64,000 bases of DNA. It comes from Entomortierella parvispora E1425. Lineage: Eukaryota > Fungi > Mortierellomycota. Each line of letters starts with the position of its first letter. The first letter of the stretch is position 1. The position numbers and the translations under genes were made by a program. The notes beneath the pieces were generated by a model that was not told the DNA's origin, made no database searches, and saw nothing but the letters and a program-made list of their open reading frames with translations. Location of the stretch: contig BQFW01000004.1 in NCBI GenBank assembly GCA_020891255.1, forward strand, positions 186,001 to 250,000. Reading direction: 5' to 3'. Positions 60,789 to 64,000 of the stretch are shown piece after piece.

Positions 60789-62305
60789 ATAATGAATCCG
60801 TTTTCCTTTTTCAGTTCCCCCCCCCTCCTTTTACTTCTTTTCGCGCTTTCTTTCTTTTGCTTCTTGCTCTTTCTCTCCCTTTTCTCTCTCCACGTTTTAC
60901 TTTTTCTAGAAACAATACCTTTATAGCTTTTCCACAATTCTCAATGAAAAATAAAAGAGAGAAAAAACTGTGAGAGATTGAAGCGGATCTAGCCTGATCT
61001 GGAGTGACTTTTTGTATATATCTTTGTGTTCGCCTCATCATTGTCGACGTCCAAGAGCATCGAACGTGTTTTCCTTGTCCAACGGCGATCTGGGTGAAAG
61101 GTACAACCACAAAAAAAAAAAAGGATAGAAAATAGAAAAGGTAATACAACCTATTTATACAATGTAGTGGAACCCAAACTGCAGTTCACTCAGTTGGACG
61201 AGTCTCCCTCTGACAGAGCGGGGGTTTACCTGCTGAAAGTCCGAGCGCGCAAGAAGTGGCTGGGCGTCAGAGGGATTGGGAGGCGTAAAAAGGACGTGGG
61301 TGGTGGGAGCAGGGGGTTTTTTTGAAGTTGGGTTTGCGGGGATTTGGGGGAGGGGGTTTTGGGCGGTGGTCGTTTTGGGGGGGAAGAGGAGGAGAGGTGG
61401 GCTCTCTTTTTGAAATGACGATGCAAACAAAATAAAAAGAGAGTCTGGGTTGCCAGCCAGTCTGCAGTAAGACCCAGAGGCATCATCAGCATCATTGCCG
61501 AAAATAAAGACGGGTATTTTTGAGCGAGCTGACAGGGTAAGGGTGTTGGTGTCGGAGTCGTTCAGAGACGTTGTTTTTTTGGCGCAGTCGAAAACTGATA
61601 CAGTTTTAGCAGGTAACTTTCCAGCTCTTAGGCTGGTTTTTATTTTACCTGTCATGGGAAAGAGAAGGACTTGTTGGAAAAGGGGGGGGGGGGGAAGGAT
61701 AAACCGTTCAATTGCTCTGACGAAAATGACAAAAAGGTACATTGTGTAGGACAGGGAAGGAGGAAAGCTAGCAGAGTTAGCGTGGATCGATCGCCATGCT
61801 TTGCAAGAGAGCTGTGGGACATTTGACCCGGAAGTGAAAGGATTTGATTTCGATCGGGTACATGCACAGTATGAAGGCACGGGCGTCCTGTGTGGGCGTA
61901 AAAGAAATCATCAAAAGATAATCGACCAAGGTCCACAACGGCGGCGAGAAGGAGGGGGAGGAGGGAGGGGCAGGAAAAGGGAGGAAGAAGAAGGACAAAC
62001 GAAAGGAAAAAAGAAGATGCAGACCAGAGCAGAGAGGAGGACAAACAGAACACAAAGCATTCATATAAAGAGACTGAGCAAACATAACACACACACACAC
62101 ACACACACACACGCGTGCAGGCTCGGAAACAACGCACGAGCACGAGAGAGAGAGAGAGACAGACAGAGAAAGAGATAGCGAGACAGGAGATGCAGCGAGA
62201 CAGACAGGCAAGGTCAATTGCGCCGACAGGGGCAAAGAAAGACAACAAACAGGGCACAGACAACCGAGAGTTGGAGTAAAAATACATCCCGCGTGGGCCA
62301 GACCC

Positions 62306-62355
62306 AGCCAACCAGCCAACCAGCCAACCAGCCAGCCAGCCAGCCAGCCAGCCAG
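62306..62355. repeat. (CCAR)n tetranucleotide microsatellite
   Basis: cagccaaccagccaaccagccaaccagccagccagccagccagccagcca, with nearby (CA)n and (GA)n tracts at about 62088-62160. Confidence 0.85.
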
Positions 62356-62998
62356 GTCAGAGAAACATAACTGCATGTAGGTCAGAGACAGCAAGAAGGC
62401 AGGACAGGGCAGGGCAGTCGCAGGCACACAAGAAGGACAGAGACAGAAATAGAAAACAGAACAGGGCAGGGCAGGGGAGGAGAGAGCACAAAGATCTCTC
62501 TCTTTTTTTTTTTTTCTTCTTCTTTCTCTCTTTCATTCCTTCTTGTTCTCGTCATCCATCCTTCCTTCTGTCTGTCTGTCTGTCCATCCACCCCCCCTGT
62601 TTCCCTTTTGATTCCCACCTCTCTCAGTCTCTCCTACTTCATTGTCCACTCTCCATTGTTCTTGTCCTTCCTTGGCTATAACTATAGTTCCTGCTCCCTT
62701 GTCCTTCCATCGCTCCATCTCCGCCCCTCTCTCTCATCCCTGCACACCCACATCACTCGCACACACTGCTTCCTTCCTTCACTCAAAAGAGCAGGACAGA
62801 GCCCAGCAAAAAAAAAAAAAAAAAAGTTAATCAAGGCATCCATCCATCCATCCTTTCTTCCTTCCTTCCTTCCTTCCTCTTTCCTTCCATCTGTCTCTTT
62901 CTTTCTTTCGTTCATTTCATTCCCTTCTCCCGCTTGATTCTCCTCTCTTCTCTTGCCCCGTTCCATTCGACCTATTCGTCCATCACAAGTCAACGGTC

Positions 62999-64000
62999 AT
63001 GAAGCGGTTCTCGTCGCTTCACACCATCATTGGCCTCTCGGTCCTGGTGGTCATTTGGTTGGGATACACCAACTTCCGGTTACAGCGTAAGGAGAGCGTC
63101 ATGGTCCATCTCGCTGCAATCTCTGTGTTGGCTAGCAGCTCCGGAGAAGGAATAGAAACCAGGCTTGTTTGACTAACACCGTTCCCCGTCTCTCTCTTTC
63201 ATTTCCCGTACTGGTTTACCTGGCTGGCCTTTTTGTCGGACGTATCACAACCCATCATTTCAAACAACAACAACAACGACGACGAATAACATGGGTATTC
63301 ACATCAACCAGGAGACAGCTCGAATTCATCCGCCCATAGACCAGTAACACACGGCACTATCGAGGAACAATATATCAATCGGAATCCCGTCGATGCAGAG
63401 CGGGAGCTGACCCTGTCACCGGATGATCGCCAGTCTTCCCCCTTGGAGACCTTGCAGAAAACCTTTACCATCGTCACCGCCGCCTCCTCCAACCATTTCT
63501 GTGCCCTCGAGTCTTTTCTTTATTCCATGTCCGAGGTCCTGGATGGTCTGGAGCGCACAGAGCTCCGTCCCACCCTGGTCGTCTACAATCTCGGAGGCAT
63601 GACAACAGAGCAGATGGAGAGGCTGGAATACCTAAAGACGAGTTTGTACATTGACGAGTACCATACGTTCGATTACTCGAAATATCCTGCCTTTTGGGAT
63701 ATTACGGTCGCACGAGGAGAATATGGTTGGAAGGCAGGTATTATCAAGGAGGTCGCAGACAAATACAAGGGTTTGATCCTCTGGCTGGATTCCGGCAACA
63801 TGTTGGCGTTGGACTTTTTGAGGTATTTACCCGGATACCTGGCCAAGCATGGATTCTGGAGCCCTCGATCCTCCGGCACGTTTTTGCAATACACCCACGC
63901 CGGTCTGCCAGCGTACTATGGCGACGATGTGGAAAACTATGCTCAAGAATCCAACTGCAATGGAGCCGCGATCGCGTTTGATGCCTCGAACGAAAAGGTG
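62999..64000 (+). CDS. Type II membrane DUF1647-like (putative glycosyltransferase-fold) protein, 3'-truncated by the window; absent from the ORF track
   Basis: Exon 1 MKRFSSLHTIIGLSVLVVIWLGYTNFRLQ (signal anchor), donor C|GTAAG. The open frame from about 63312 to the end reads TIVTAASSNHFCALESFLYS...LVVYNLGGM...FDYSKYPAFW...GEYGWKAGII...ILWLDSGN...SNCNGAAIAFD. Confidence 0.7.

Noticed and set aside
61155-61655. Minus-strand ORF (about 166 aa from MTGKIK)
   Set aside because: Weak coding-like codon usage, built partly from homopolymer runs, and no motifs. It cannot be excluded without RNA-seq.
32580-64000. Functional clustering of glycosylation genes (CWH41, PMT2, DUF1647) or RNA-granule genes (PUF4, SCD6)
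   Set aside because: They are interspersed with unrelated housekeeping genes. Without synteny or co-expression data the pattern is compatible with chance.

Overview
Eukaryotic, intron-rich fungal genomic DNA. The short GT-AG introns, long poly-A/T tracts, AG/CA microsatellites and gene content suggest an early-diverging fungus, probably Mortierellaceae (inference). Genes in order: F-box/LRR-like fragment; ICMT/PEMT-family methyltransferase; NEDD8/Rub1 (5 exons, missed by the ORF track) divergent from prefoldin-1; SDH1; a gene-poor island with tRNA-Thr(AGT), tRNA-His(GTG), tRNA-Phe(GAA), a 36-bp tandem repeat and a 40-bp inverted repeat; VPS9; a 972-aa disordered protein; a 2-exon hypothetical protein; a PRL/PTP4A phosphatase with a long, apparently spliced, uORF-bearing leader; an AFG2B/SPATA5L1-like AAA ATPase; glucosidase I; an unresolved spliced locus; a C2H2 transcription factor; two tandem paralogous membrane proteins of an unrecognised family; a minisatellite; a frameshifted RlpA/expansin-like gene; PUF4 with a CCCH finger; PIN4 divergent from SCD6; PMT2; and a DUF1647-like gene running off the end. 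No CRISPR, rRNA or autonomous transposon was seen. The best leads are the 43-48 kb island and the PRL locus. All exon structures were read by eye and no database searches were run.
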